64,000 bases of DNA from Verrucomicrobiota bacterium (GTDB taxonomy: Bacteria > Verrucomicrobiota > Verrucomicrobiia > Opitutales > Seribacteraceae): assembly GCA_027622665.1 (NCBI GenBank), contig JAQBYT010000001.1:416001-480000 (forward strand), given 5' to 3'. Shown one piece after another: positions 21,029-29,530 of the stretch; within the stretch, counting starts at the first letter, position 1; each line of letters opens with the position of its first letter. Under the pieces are notes generated by a model that was not told the origin of the DNA, did no database searches, and saw only the letters and a program-made list of their open reading frames with translations. The translations under genes were made by a program, and so were the position numbers.

Positions 21029-22030
21029 CTACCCAAGTCCTTTGACTGAAGCTTTTAACCAATCGACCGTGTCGCTGAGGCCGTCCTTCATTGATACGAT
21101 CGGCTCGTAGCCAAGATCCCGTCGAGCCGCGTCGATCGAAAACCAGTGATCTTTGGCAAGCTGGACGGCAACGAATCGAGTCATTGGGGGCTCGCCTGTA
21201 AGCCGAAGTACTTTCCAAATTAACTCCAGCACGAAACCCAAGGAGTGTGCGGAGCGAAAGGAAACCTTCTTGGAGAGTGGCGGGAGATCGAGATGGGAAA
21301 AGAGGTGGTTTAGCCATTTCCACAGAGCAACGGGGTCATCCTGCGAAATGAAATAGGCTTGCCCGCCAGAGTGGCGGCCTGATGCGAGGGCGTCCAGAGC
21401 CAATATATGAGCGTGAGCAACATTATCGACATGGGTTAGATCCATATGGTTTTCGCCCGACCCCACAATGCGCAGTTTACCTGCCATGTGTCGTGCTATA
21501 GCTTTTGGCAGTAGGTGAGGGTCGCCCGGCCCCCATACGAGATGCGGCCTGAGTGCGAGGGTTTTAAGACCGCTTTTCCCATTGGCGGCGAGGACTTCAC
21601 GCTCAGCTTCTGCCTTGGTTCGAGCATAATGGCAGAGCCAGTTGCTGCCGTAGGGCAGCGACTCGTCGGCTCCGCGAAAGGATTCGCCGGAAAAAACAAC
21701 GCTGGGAGAACTGGTGTGGATTAGGATGTTAATGCTGTGCGTACGGCAGGCCTCGAGGATTTGACGGGTGGCCGATACATTGGCCGCATGATAGCTTGAC
21801 GCGGAACCCCAGACGCCTGCTTTTGCGGCAATGTGAAAGACGGCGTCCACGCCTTGGCATATCACTTCGGGAATCGTTTCGCGGGCAAGGTCAACTTGGT
21901 GAAAGACCGAACTGGTTTCCTCCTTGGGTGTGGTACGGCCAATTACATGAACCTCGTGTCCATTTTCCAATAGGCGCCGGACGACTCGCCCGCCAATAAA
22001 TCCGGAGCCGCCTGTTACGAGAACCTTCAT
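21029..22030 (-). CDS. oleD: OleD-like 2-alkyl-3-oxoalkanoate reductase (3-beta-HSD/extended SDR)
   Basis: TGGSGFIG, HIAAKAGVWG, TSSPSVVF, YARTK, LRPHLVWGPGDPHL, EPPMTRFVA; overlaps the oleC-like stop by 4 nt. Confidence 0.8.
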   Translation of the reverse strand: MKVLVTGGSGFIGGRVVRRLLENGHEVHVIGRTTPKEETSSVFHQVDLARETIPEVICQGVDAVFHIAAKAGVWGSASSYHAANVSATRQILEACRTHSINILIHTSSPSVVFSGESFRGADESLPYGSNWLCHYARTKAEAEREVLAANGKSGLKTLALRPHLVWGPGDPHLLPKAIARHMAGKLRIVGSGENHMDLTHVDNVAHAHILALDALASGRHSGGQAYFISQDDPVALWKWLNHLFSHLDLPPLSKKVSFRSAHSLGFVLELIWKVLRLTGEPPMTRFVAVQLAKDHWFSIDAARRDLGYEPIVSMKDGLSDTVDWLKASVKGLG

Positions 22031-23685
22031 GGCAAATACGCTTGGGCTTGGGCAACTTTCGCCTTTATCGCTCCTTTGCGGGCAAGGCTGAGACGGTGAA
22101 TCTTTGCGTTGTGTCGCGTGTCCACAGGCAAAGATCGCTCGAAGAAGATAAGCCTAATTAAGCGAAGGCGTTCGTGCTCGTGAAGCTTTTCGAGAATTGT
22201 TTTGGCCAAGCGTTTCTTGTCGGCCATCGTTTCCGGGAAATGTTCGGTTTCGGGTTCCACCACGAGGGCAGGTTCCTTTTCCCGATCATCGCCTAAGCCG
22301 ATCAGGGCACTGCGGCGAACCTCGGTCAGCGCATTGACGATGGGTTCGCATCTTTCAGTCTCAAGGGGACCATCGGAGGTGCGGACGCATTCCGCTTTGC
22401 GGCCGAGAAAACGCAAGTAGCCTTTTCGGTCGAAATAACCGAGGTCGCCCATGCGGTGAAGAATTCGTTTATCGTCGCATACCTTAGAATCATAAGTCGC
22501 CCCTGGCATTCGATAGTAGCTTTTGGTTACGACTGGGCCGGCGACCGCGATTTCGCCCACTTCTCCGTCCCGTAGCTCTTCGACTTCACCGAGGTTTGGA
22601 ATCGGCGAATTGCATACGGGGAGAATTCGGATGTCTATATTTGGAAGGGGTTTGCCGAGACAGGAACCTTCACCTTGCTCCGTGCTTTCGCGCGTAGCTA
22701 AAATGTCATCTGCATCGGCAACGGACAAGGGTAGGGCCTCGGTCGCTCCATAAGGCGCGAGAATGCGTGCGTTTGGGAGGATTGGAATTAATTTTTGGAC
22801 AAGGGCCGGAGGTGCTGCGGCCCCAGCAATGAATATGCGACGAATGCCGGGGAGCTCTACTTTGTGGGTCTCGCAATGGTCGGCAATTTTTCGCCAAAGG
22901 ACCGGGGATCCGAACGCACTCGTGATTTTGTGCTTTCGCATAGCGGCGACAAGCTTGCCTGCATCGGCTTGTGCCGGTTTGCGCGGATCCATGTCGGGTA
23001 TTACGCTGGTCATGCCGAGAGCGGGGTTGAATAGGGCGAAAACGGGAAGTGTCACCAAATCTTGCTCGCCGGTCTCGATGCCGAAATTCTTTTTCAGCAT
23101 CTGCACTTGCGCGGCAAATGTGCCGTGGTCGTAACAGACTCCTTTGGGAGGGCCGGTGGAACCTGAGGTAAACAGAATTGCGGCCAGATCATCCGCGTTG
23201 ACTTCTGCGGCATGGAGGGGTTCCAAGGATTGATGATTCCTCAATTCTCGCAGGAAGTGATTTCCTCGCACGACGACTTTTTTATGTACCCCCGAGAATG
23301 AGCCGCGAAAAAAGCGTGACAGAAGCCATGCCAAAGGGATACCGATGAGTCCGTCCGGCTTTGTGCTCTTCACGCATCTCAACAAGTTTTGCAGTCCCAT
23401 CCCGGAGTCAATTACCACCGGGCAAGCTCCTAGCAGAAAAAGCGCGAACACGTTAAGTATGAGTTCGTAGCCCGGATGAACCATGACCAGAATTTTATCC
23501 TGTGGCCGAATGTCGCGTTCGGATAGAAGGCGTGCGCATGCGGCCACGTCTTTTTCCAATTCGGCAAAGGTGCGAGCGGCAAAAGCTCCTTCTCTGGCTG
23601 GAAGAATTGCCGTTTTGTGAGGTTGGTTTTGGGCCGCGAGAGCCAAGTGGGCTGCCACGTTTACCGGTTCGCGGCCTTCATTCAT
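22027..23685 (-). CDS. oleC: OleC-like olefin beta-lactone synthetase (AMP-dependent ligase)
   Basis: NVAAHL, LFTSGSTGPPKGV, PYGATEALP, HRMGDLGY, LPVDTRHNAKIHR; adjacent to oleD-like gene. Confidence 0.8.
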   Translation of the reverse strand: MNEGREPVNVAAHLALAAQNQPHKTAILPAREGAFAARTFAELEKDVAACARLLSERDIRPQDKILVMVHPGYELILNVFALFLLGACPVVIDSGMGLQNLLRCVKSTKPDGLIGIPLAWLLSRFFRGSFSGVHKKVVVRGNHFLRELRNHQSLEPLHAAEVNADDLAAILFTSGSTGPPKGVCYDHGTFAAQVQMLKKNFGIETGEQDLVTLPVFALFNPALGMTSVIPDMDPRKPAQADAGKLVAAMRKHKITSAFGSPVLWRKIADHCETHKVELPGIRRIFIAGAAAPPALVQKLIPILPNARILAPYGATEALPLSVADADDILATRESTEQGEGSCLGKPLPNIDIRILPVCNSPIPNLGEVEELRDGEVGEIAVAGPVVTKSYYRMPGATYDSKVCDDKRILHRMGDLGYFDRKGYLRFLGRKAECVRTSDGPLETERCEPIVNALTEVRRSALIGLGDDREKEPALVVEPETEHFPETMADKKRLAKTILEKLHEHERLRLIRLIFFERSLPVDTRHNAKIHRLSLARKGAIKAKVAQAQAYLP

Positions 23686-23693
23686 GAGTGCAT

Positions 23694-24623
23694 CTATTCC
23701 TTTTCAGCGAGCCAACGCTCTGCTTCTATCGCCGCCTGGCATCCCATTCCTGCGGCAGTTATGGCCTGACGATAGGCATGATCCGCGCAATCGCCGGCAA
23801 CGTATACGCCCGGCACGGAGGAGCGAACCATGCTGTTCTGCTCGGGGACAAGGTAACCATCTTCGTCGAGTTCGAGGACGCCTTCAAACGGTTTCGTGTT
23901 GGGGATGTGCCCAATGGCAATAAAAACACCCTTGCAGGGAACGTTGCTCGTGTCGTTGGCTTTAAGATTCCGGATTTTAACAGCGTTTGCCTTGCCGTCT
24001 TCGCCGGCTAAAACCTCTTCGACGGCAGAATCCCAAATCACCTCGATTTTTTCGTGAGCAAGTGCCCGTTCGGCCATGATTCTTGACGCTCGGAGCTCAC
24101 CTCTTCGGTGAACAAGAGTTACTTTGGAGCAAAACCTTGTAAGGAAAAGGGATTCTTCGCATGCTGAATCGCCACCGCCAACAACGACAACGTCCATGTC
24201 TCTGTAGAATGCGCCATCGCAAGTGGCGCAAGTGGTGACTCCTTTACCGCCATACATTTCTTTCTCGCCCGGTATGCCCAGAAGGCGAGGGGCGGCTCCG
24301 GTGGCAATGATGACGGTGCGGGCCTCGAAGCTCTTTTCACCGGCATAAAGAATTTTGCGTTCCTCGGAAAAATCGACGCGATCGACTAATGCGCTCTCAA
24401 AACGAGAGCCGAAACGAGCGGCTTGCTTGCGAAGATTGTCCATGAGCATGAAACCGTCGATGCCTTCGGGAAATCCAGGAAAGTTTTCCACTTCCGAGGT
24501 TGTGGTTAATTGCCCGCCAGGCAGGTCGCCCTCGAGTATCAGGGGCTGAAGATTAGCCCTCGCGGTGTAAATGCCCGCAGTGAACCCTGCGCAACCTGTT
24601 CCCAAGATGATGACGTTTTCCAT
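23694..24623 (-). CDS. trxB: Thioredoxin-disulfide reductase
   Basis: [40 protein letters not shown]. Confidence 0.96.
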   Translation of the reverse strand: MENVIILGTGCAGFTAGIYTARANLQPLILEGDLPGGQLTTTSEVENFPGFPEGIDGFMLMDNLRKQAARFGSRFESALVDRVDFSEERKILYAGEKSFEARTVIIATGAAPRLLGIPGEKEMYGGKGVTTCATCDGAFYRDMDVVVVGGGDSACEESLFLTRFCSKVTLVHRRGELRASRIMAERALAHEKIEVIWDSAVEEVLAGEDGKANAVKIRNLKANDTSNVPCKGVFIAIGHIPNTKPFEGVLELDEDGYLVPEQNSMVRSSVPGVYVAGDCADHAYRQAITAAGMGCQAAIEAERWLAEKE

Positions 24624-24730
24624 TTTTTCTGTTATCCGAAGATTGTTATTGTACTTAGTATTTCTAAAAGTGAAAGTCGATTTCGGTTTACGTGGAGGCG
24701 GAGGCAACGTTTTTCCTTCATTAGTTGAAT

Positions 24731-25534
24731 ATGAATTGGATCGACAGCCATTGCCATTTGGAAGGGTTTCTCAAGAAAGGAACTCTTTCCGAAATCCTCG
24801 GACGTACTCGTGAAGCGGGTATTTCACATTTGGTCGCGATTGGAACCGAACCCGAAGATTGGAAGGTCAACCATGATCTGGCCACGCAATTTTTAGACGA
24901 AATCCATTATACCGTTGGTTTGCATCCGAACCATGTCGATAGCTCATGGGAATACCATACTGTGAGCTTACAAGCTTTTTTTGCCTTAGAGCCAAAGCCT
25001 GTTGCTGTAGGAGAAATCGGGCTGGATTACTTTCGCTTGCCGAAAGAGGAGGCAAAGGCAGCGCCCATGAAAGCTAACCAGCGGGCGGCCTTTCGGTACC
25101 AATTGGCCTTGGCCAAGGAATTGGGTATGCCCGTGGTCGTCCATTGTCGGGGCGCTTTTGCTGATTGCGTTGCGGAAATCGATGACTCCGGCGTTGAGTG
25201 GAACAAAGTTGTTTTTCACTGTTTTGCCGATGGGCCGAATGAAATGAGGCAGTTAATGGAACGAGGCGGTCGTGGCTCTTTTACGGGTATAGTTACTTTC
25301 GGAAACGCAGAGAATGTCCGTGAAGCTGCTCTCTTGCAGGGTTTGGAAAAACTTATGCTGGAAACGGATAGCCCTTATCTTGCCCCCGTCCCCTTTCGTG
25401 GAAAATCGAACGAGCCTTCATTCCTTCCTTATATCGGTAAATATTTGTCGAAGGCTTTAGAGGTGGAGGAGGCAGATCTTGCTGCAATTACGACTCGCAA
25501 CACCCTTGACTTTTACTGCTTGTCCTCGTCATGA
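24731..25534 (+). CDS. tatD: TatD family DNase
   Basis: [34 protein letters not shown]. Confidence 0.93.
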   Translation: MNWIDSHCHLEGFLKKGTLSEILGRTREAGISHLVAIGTEPEDWKVNHDLATQFLDEIHYTVGLHPNHVDSSWEYHTVSLQAFFALEPKPVAVGEIGLDYFRLPKEEAKAAPMKANQRAAFRYQLALAKELGMPVVVHCRGAFADCVAEIDDSGVEWNKVVFHCFADGPNEMRQLMERGGRGSFTGIVTFGNAENVREAALLQGLEKLMLETDSPYLAPVPFRGKSNEPSFLPYIGKYLSKALEVEEADLAAITTRNTLDFYCLSSS

Positions 25535-25547
25535 CTGATAGACTGTT

Positions 25548-25913
25548 ATGGCATCCGACAAGGCAACGATACAGGAACTCATCCTGACGATACGCTCTTT
25601 TGCTCAAGATCGAGATTGGGAACAATTTCATGCTCCCAAAAATCTTTCGATGGCTCTTGCCGCAGAAGCCGGAGAACTCATGGAGCATTTTCTTTGGTGC
25701 GAGAGCGAAAAATCCCGCCAGTTTTGCGATAATCCGGAGAAGAAAGCTGCCATCGCCGATGAGTTGGCCGATGTATTGATATATGCCCTAAGATTTGCCG
25801 ATGTTGCATGTATCGATCCCGTAGTTGCGATTAACGAAAAGATGCAGAAAAACAAAGATCGTTATCCTGTGGATAAAGCTAAGGGAAAATCCGACAAATA
25901 TAATGAATTATGA
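25548..25913 (+). CDS. MazG-like nucleotide pyrophosphohydrolase (dCTP pyrophosphatase type)
   Basis: RDWEQFHAPKNL..ALAAEAGELME, DELADV, KM.KN..RYP. Confidence 0.9.
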   Translation: MASDKATIQELILTIRSFAQDRDWEQFHAPKNLSMALAAEAGELMEHFLWCESEKSRQFCDNPEKKAAIADELADVLIYALRFADVACIDPVVAINEKMQKNKDRYPVDKAKGKSDKYNEL

Positions 25914-25974
25914 TTTATGATATTGGGGTTGAATCCTAATCGATTTCAATGTTCGATAAACCTTTTTAACCGTA

Positions 25975-26658
25975 ATGGACATTAAGAATAAAAGAGCTCA
26001 AGTAATTGTAAACTTGCACAAATTAAGGCGCAAAGCGAAAGAGCTTGAAGCTACTCAATCAGCAGGTACTGACAGCAAGGCAGATATGGAAGCCTGCCGG
26101 GGGGAGATAAATATTCTTCAAAAGGAATTGGATTCAATTAATGAGGGAGGTCACACCACTTTCTTGAAGGCCAAGAATATGCTCCAGCCCAAAAAGGGCA
26201 TTTCTGGAAAGAATCGTCGTATTAAATGGCGAAAGGCCCAAATCGAGAAACGCATTGCGAGATTAGAGACTAGGCAAGAAGAAGCCGACGTAACCGACGA
26301 AGAGCGGGCCGAGAATGTTGTCAAACTCGCAAAGTTTCGGGACGAGCTTGCTTCTCTTGACGAAGAAAAATCGGCTCTCAAAGATTTCAATCACACAAGG
26401 TTTATGGCCGCGCACAAAGATGATAGTCAGGGAGATAAGCAGAATGACGAAATCGAGCAAGTGAACAAAAAGATTCACGATCTGGAGACCAAGTTGGAGC
26501 GGGCGAGCAAAGAAAGCAACGCCCCCTCGGTCGAGGACTTGAAAGAAGAGCTTCATTTGTTGGAGATGGAAAAGGAATCCATCGAAAACTTTACTCACGA
26601 CCTTTTTCTTAAAAACCTCGCAAACCTAAAAGCCAAAAGGCGTAGCGAGCTTAAGTAA
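25975..26658 (+). CDS. Hypothetical charged coiled-coil protein with three internal repeats
   Basis: E/K-rich heptads; three H-x-x-F-(L/M) motifs about 77 aa apart. Confidence 0.7.
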   Translation: MDIKNKRAQVIVNLHKLRRKAKELEATQSAGTDSKADMEACRGEINILQKELDSINEGGHTTFLKAKNMLQPKKGISGKNRRIKWRKAQIEKRIARLETRQEEADVTDEERAENVVKLAKFRDELASLDEEKSALKDFNHTRFMAAHKDDSQGDKQNDEIEQVNKKIHDLETKLERASKESNAPSVEDLKEELHLLEMEKESIENFTHDLFLKNLANLKAKRRSELK

Positions 26659-26732
26659 TTCGATTCCGCGTTTTATTTTAAGGAGTGGCGACCTCGGATG
26701 GGCTTTCTTTTAAGTACCCTTAAACCATTGCT

Positions 26733-28580
26733 TTAACTTTCCTTTTCGGATCGCCCTGATTGCTTTATTTGCTCGGCGTAGATGGTTACCTGAGCCTTTT
26801 CTCCCTTAACCAACTCCTTGGCTCTTCGAATGGCCTTGGCGACTGAAAGAGTTGGATTGCTTGGGCTGTCTATGAAGAGGTTTTTGCGATTGAGGCGTGG
26901 AAGCAGTCCCGAGTTTCGAAAAATGCGCAAAATATCTTTTCGTATCTCGCACAAAAGTACATGGCAATTCTTCTCTTTGAGATAGTCCAATAACTCTTCC
27001 AGTGCCAGCACTGAAGTGGCATCAAGATGGTGGGCATTACGTAACTTTAGCACAAGTACACGCAGGTTCCGGTCTTCGCCCACCCTCCGTATTTGTTCGT
27101 AAAACAATTCGGCGGCTGCAAAAAACAATTCGCCTTCCACATGGACGATCGAAACTTCAGGTTCCGGTCGTTTTGCGTTATCGGAGATGGCCGCGAGATG
27201 ACCTTCCTTAGTATAGCCGTACTCCACTAACTCGGGTTCGGACACCTTCCTTAAAAATAAAAGTATCGACGTGGTCACTCCTGCAAAAATCGCGATTTGT
27301 AAAGAAAGCAACAGGCCGAAAACGAGAGTTACCGTGAACGCGATACCGTCCGAGCGCGTGGCTCGAGCCACGGCTCGAATCTGCTTTGATCTGATCAGGG
27401 ATGCACCAATGAACACCACCAAGGTGGCTAAGGCCGGCAAAGGGACGTAGCTTACGAGATGTCCGAGAAAAAAGGCAGCCGCCAACACTATCAGCCCGGC
27501 AAAAAGCATGGAAACCTGGGATCGGGCTCCACTTTGAGTATTGACCGTAGACCGAGTCAAAGATCCAGACGCCGGCATGCCGGAGAAAAAGGCACATGCC
27601 AAGTTGCTCGCGCCAATGGCAAAAGTTTCTTGGTTGGCATTTAGGCGTTCTCCCGCTCGAGCGGCTAATGACTTGCCGATGGAAATGCCTTCCAGTGCGC
27701 AAAGCAGGGCCAAGGCTCCAGCGGTCCAACAGATCGTGCCAAAAGAAGAAATGCCTATTGCGTCGAAGTCAGGCAGTGAAAAAATCCCTACTCCTGCTGA
27801 AAAAGCTTCCAAGGTTTGTAGCTCTAAACCGTATGCCTTGAAGCCGAGCGACGCGATTGATGCGAGGGCCAAGGTAATCGCAACATTAGGCAGCTTGCAA
27901 AAACGTCCCCGAAGCAAAAGAAAAAGTACGGCCGTCAAGGCACTCATTGCAATCGCCGGTCCAGAAGCATTGCCTATCGACCGAATCGTTGCCCATGCCA
28001 CCTCGAGAAAGGTCGACGGAGCGTCCCCGCCTTCAAAACGAAAACCGAGGATATGGTGGCACTGGTTGGCGATGATGAGGACGGCGGCAGCCGTCACGTA
28101 CGCCGTGATCACCGTTCGGGAAACGTATTGTACCATGGTGGCTAGGCGTAACCAGGAGGCGACGACAAGAAAGATGCCGGCTAGCAATGGAAAAAGAGGC
28201 AGCAGCGCCAGCGCTTCGCCTGAAGCTACTCCGCCTGCGTCGGTTAATTGCAATCCGGCGAATGTTCCGAAAAGAAGCACCGCAGTAGCATTGGTGGGGC
28301 CAAGGGCGATAAAGCGAGATCCCGTGAAAAGCGAACCCACGATGGCCGCCACCGCCGAACCAAAGATACCGTACTTTATGGGAATTCCCGCAACCAAGGC
28401 ATAAGCCATTCCCTGAGGAAAAGCCAATAGGGCAACGTTCAGCGCTGCCCTAAAGTCTCCCGAAAAGTCTTCTCGCTTGTAGTTTCCGAGTGCTTGGAGG
28501 ATGGGAAACAATCTTATTCCGGGAGAAATGGCTGCAGGCAAATGCCCGAAAGCTCCCGATTTGTTTTTTTTTGGCGCCAT
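26733..28580 (-). CDS. SulP family anion transporter with STAS domain
   Basis: PQGMAYALVAG, GPTNA, SGSLTRS, GELFFAAA, HHLDAT; start at MAPKK. Confidence 0.93.
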   Translation of the reverse strand: MAPKKNKSGAFGHLPAAISPGIRLFPILQALGNYKREDFSGDFRAALNVALLAFPQGMAYALVAGIPIKYGIFGSAVAAIVGSLFTGSRFIALGPTNATAVLLFGTFAGLQLTDAGGVASGEALALLPLFPLLAGIFLVVASWLRLATMVQYVSRTVITAYVTAAAVLIIANQCHHILGFRFEGGDAPSTFLEVAWATIRSIGNASGPAIAMSALTAVLFLLLRGRFCKLPNVAITLALASIASLGFKAYGLELQTLEAFSAGVGIFSLPDFDAIGISSFGTICWTAGALALLCALEGISIGKSLAARAGERLNANQETFAIGASNLACAFFSGMPASGSLTRSTVNTQSGARSQVSMLFAGLIVLAAAFFLGHLVSYVPLPALATLVVFIGASLIRSKQIRAVARATRSDGIAFTVTLVFGLLLSLQIAIFAGVTTSILLFLRKVSEPELVEYGYTKEGHLAAISDNAKRPEPEVSIVHVEGELFFAAAELFYEQIRRVGEDRNLRVLVLKLRNAHHLDATSVLALEELLDYLKEKNCHVLLCEIRKDILRIFRNSGLLPRLNRKNLFIDSPSNPTLSVAKAIRRAKELVKGEKAQVTIYAEQIKQSGRSEKES

Positions 28581-28666
28581 TTTCAAGTTCTCGCGTTTGG
28601 CAAAATAGCGATGACTCGAAATTCTCCAAGTTCTTTCGCTCAAATGGAATTTTTTTCGAATTCTCC

Positions 28667-28693
28667 TAAAGTTTTTAGTTTTCCGGCCGATTG
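28667..28693 (+). promoter_or_regulatory. Sigma-28 (FliA) promoter
   Basis: TAAAGTTT-N11-GCCGATTG versus consensus TAAAGTTT-N11-GCCGATAA, pointing toward the flagellin-like genes. Confidence 0.8.
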
Positions 28694-28701
28694 TTTTAGT
28701 A

Positions 28702-28792
28702 GCTGCATGGATGCGGCCTAATTACTACATAGGTCCCGACCCACAAGGAGGTAGGTCAAGACTGTTCAACCACACTTTTTCCAGGAGGAAGA
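28702..28792 (+). promoter_or_regulatory. Three CsrA/RsmA-type GGA-loop hairpins (flagellin-type leader 1)
   Basis: GCTGCA-TGGA-TGCGGC (28702-28717); GACCcAC-AAGGAG-GTaGGTC (28738-28757); TTTTCC-AGGA-GGAAGA (28777-28792, contains the SD before GTG 28796). Confidence 0.7.
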
Positions 28793-28795
28793 TTA

Positions 28796-28975
28796 GTGGC
28801 GACCGTTACCTTTACTTACTCATATTCTTTTAGTGGAGGTCGTGGGCAGCATCTACTTCGGCGGATGTCGTACACGGCTCTCCACATAGGCGATTGCCTT
28901 GCGGCTCTGCTGCGTACTCGTAGGCCGGGGTCTCCGTCTTGTGGTCCTCCCGGGCGAGCTTTGCCCGAATCTCTA
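28796..28975 (+). pseudogene. Probable decayed remnant of a canonical flagellin 5' end
   Basis: Follows the sigma-28 promoter and SD hairpin. MATVTFTYSYSF fits the MAxVxxTxSxS flagellin start; out-of-frame RLST-stop at 28875-28889. The 3' limit is uncertain. Confidence 0.4.
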
Positions 28976-29094
28976 AGTATTCTTTATAGATGGGTTGCTT
29001 GGGGTCCTGTTGCATTTCCTTTACCTCTAAGGGTGGGAATGGACAATTTGTCGTGTCCTCATGCCGCCCTCGTGTTTTCCCGCAACTTTATGAC

Positions 29095-29241
29095 AACCCA
29101 TTAACTAATATATGAACTCTTAACAGAGCAAGAGCTCCGCCAGGATGGCGGCGCCTACTCGCATTCACCTGCAAACTATTTCCGAGACAAGGAAGTCTCC
29201 TCATGCAACTTAGCAATTTCGTAACTTTACAGTCGCGAGGG
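29095..29241 (+). repeat. Copy 1 of duplicated flagellin leader plus start (two GGA hairpins)
   Basis: AACCCATTAACTAAT..ATGAAC..GCTCCGCCAGGATGGCGGCGCC..GAGACAAGGAAGTCTC..ATGCAACT aligns with 29384-29530 at a 289-bp offset. Confidence 0.85.
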
Positions 29242-29373
29242 CACCATCCCCGCAAATCTGTTCGGGTCTTCCCGTCCAGACCCTTAACTGGCTGTGTACC
29301 CTGCGGCTTGAAGGGAAGTTCATCTTTGGTATCCGTCTGTCGGAAAACTCACAAATCTCTCTTTTCCAAATAA
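29203..29373 (+). pseudogene. Truncated, frameshifted paralogue of the 29492 flagellin N-terminus
   Basis: MQLSNFVTLQSRGHH versus MQLTNYGFIESRGNY; frameshifted LNWLCT..GLK versus MERLSTGLK; stop after 56 codons. Confidence 0.65.
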
Positions 29374-29383
29374 ACCAACAATA

Positions 29384-29530
29384 AACCCATAAACTAATCA
29401 ATGAACCTTACCTGATTTAGGGCTCCGCCAGGAGGGCGGCGCCCAATCATTTAATTACTAAATGTAAACCCTGAGACAAGGAGGTCTCGTTATGCAACTA
29501 ACCAACTATGGATTCATCGAGTCCCGAGGT
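29384..29530 (+). repeat. Copy 2 of duplicated flagellin leader plus start (two GGA hairpins)
   Basis: CCGCC-AGGAG-GGCGG and GAGAC-AAGGAG-GTCTC hairpins; the second occludes the SD of the ATG at 29492. Confidence 0.85.

Noticed and set aside
27541..28404. 287-aa antisense ORF over sulP, and similar long shadow ORFs (37975-38871, 45163-45876, 49579-50427, 50466-51287)
   Set aside because: Opposite well-supported genes, with no motifs; expected from codon bias.
28796..29104. 102-aa ORF as a functional protein
   Set aside because: No recognisable domain beyond a faint flagellin-like start; better explained as decayed sequence.
28700..29490. Repeated hairpins read as a CRISPR array or REP elements
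   Set aside because: Units are not identical or regularly spaced, no cas genes are present, and all have GGA loops tied to SD/start positions.
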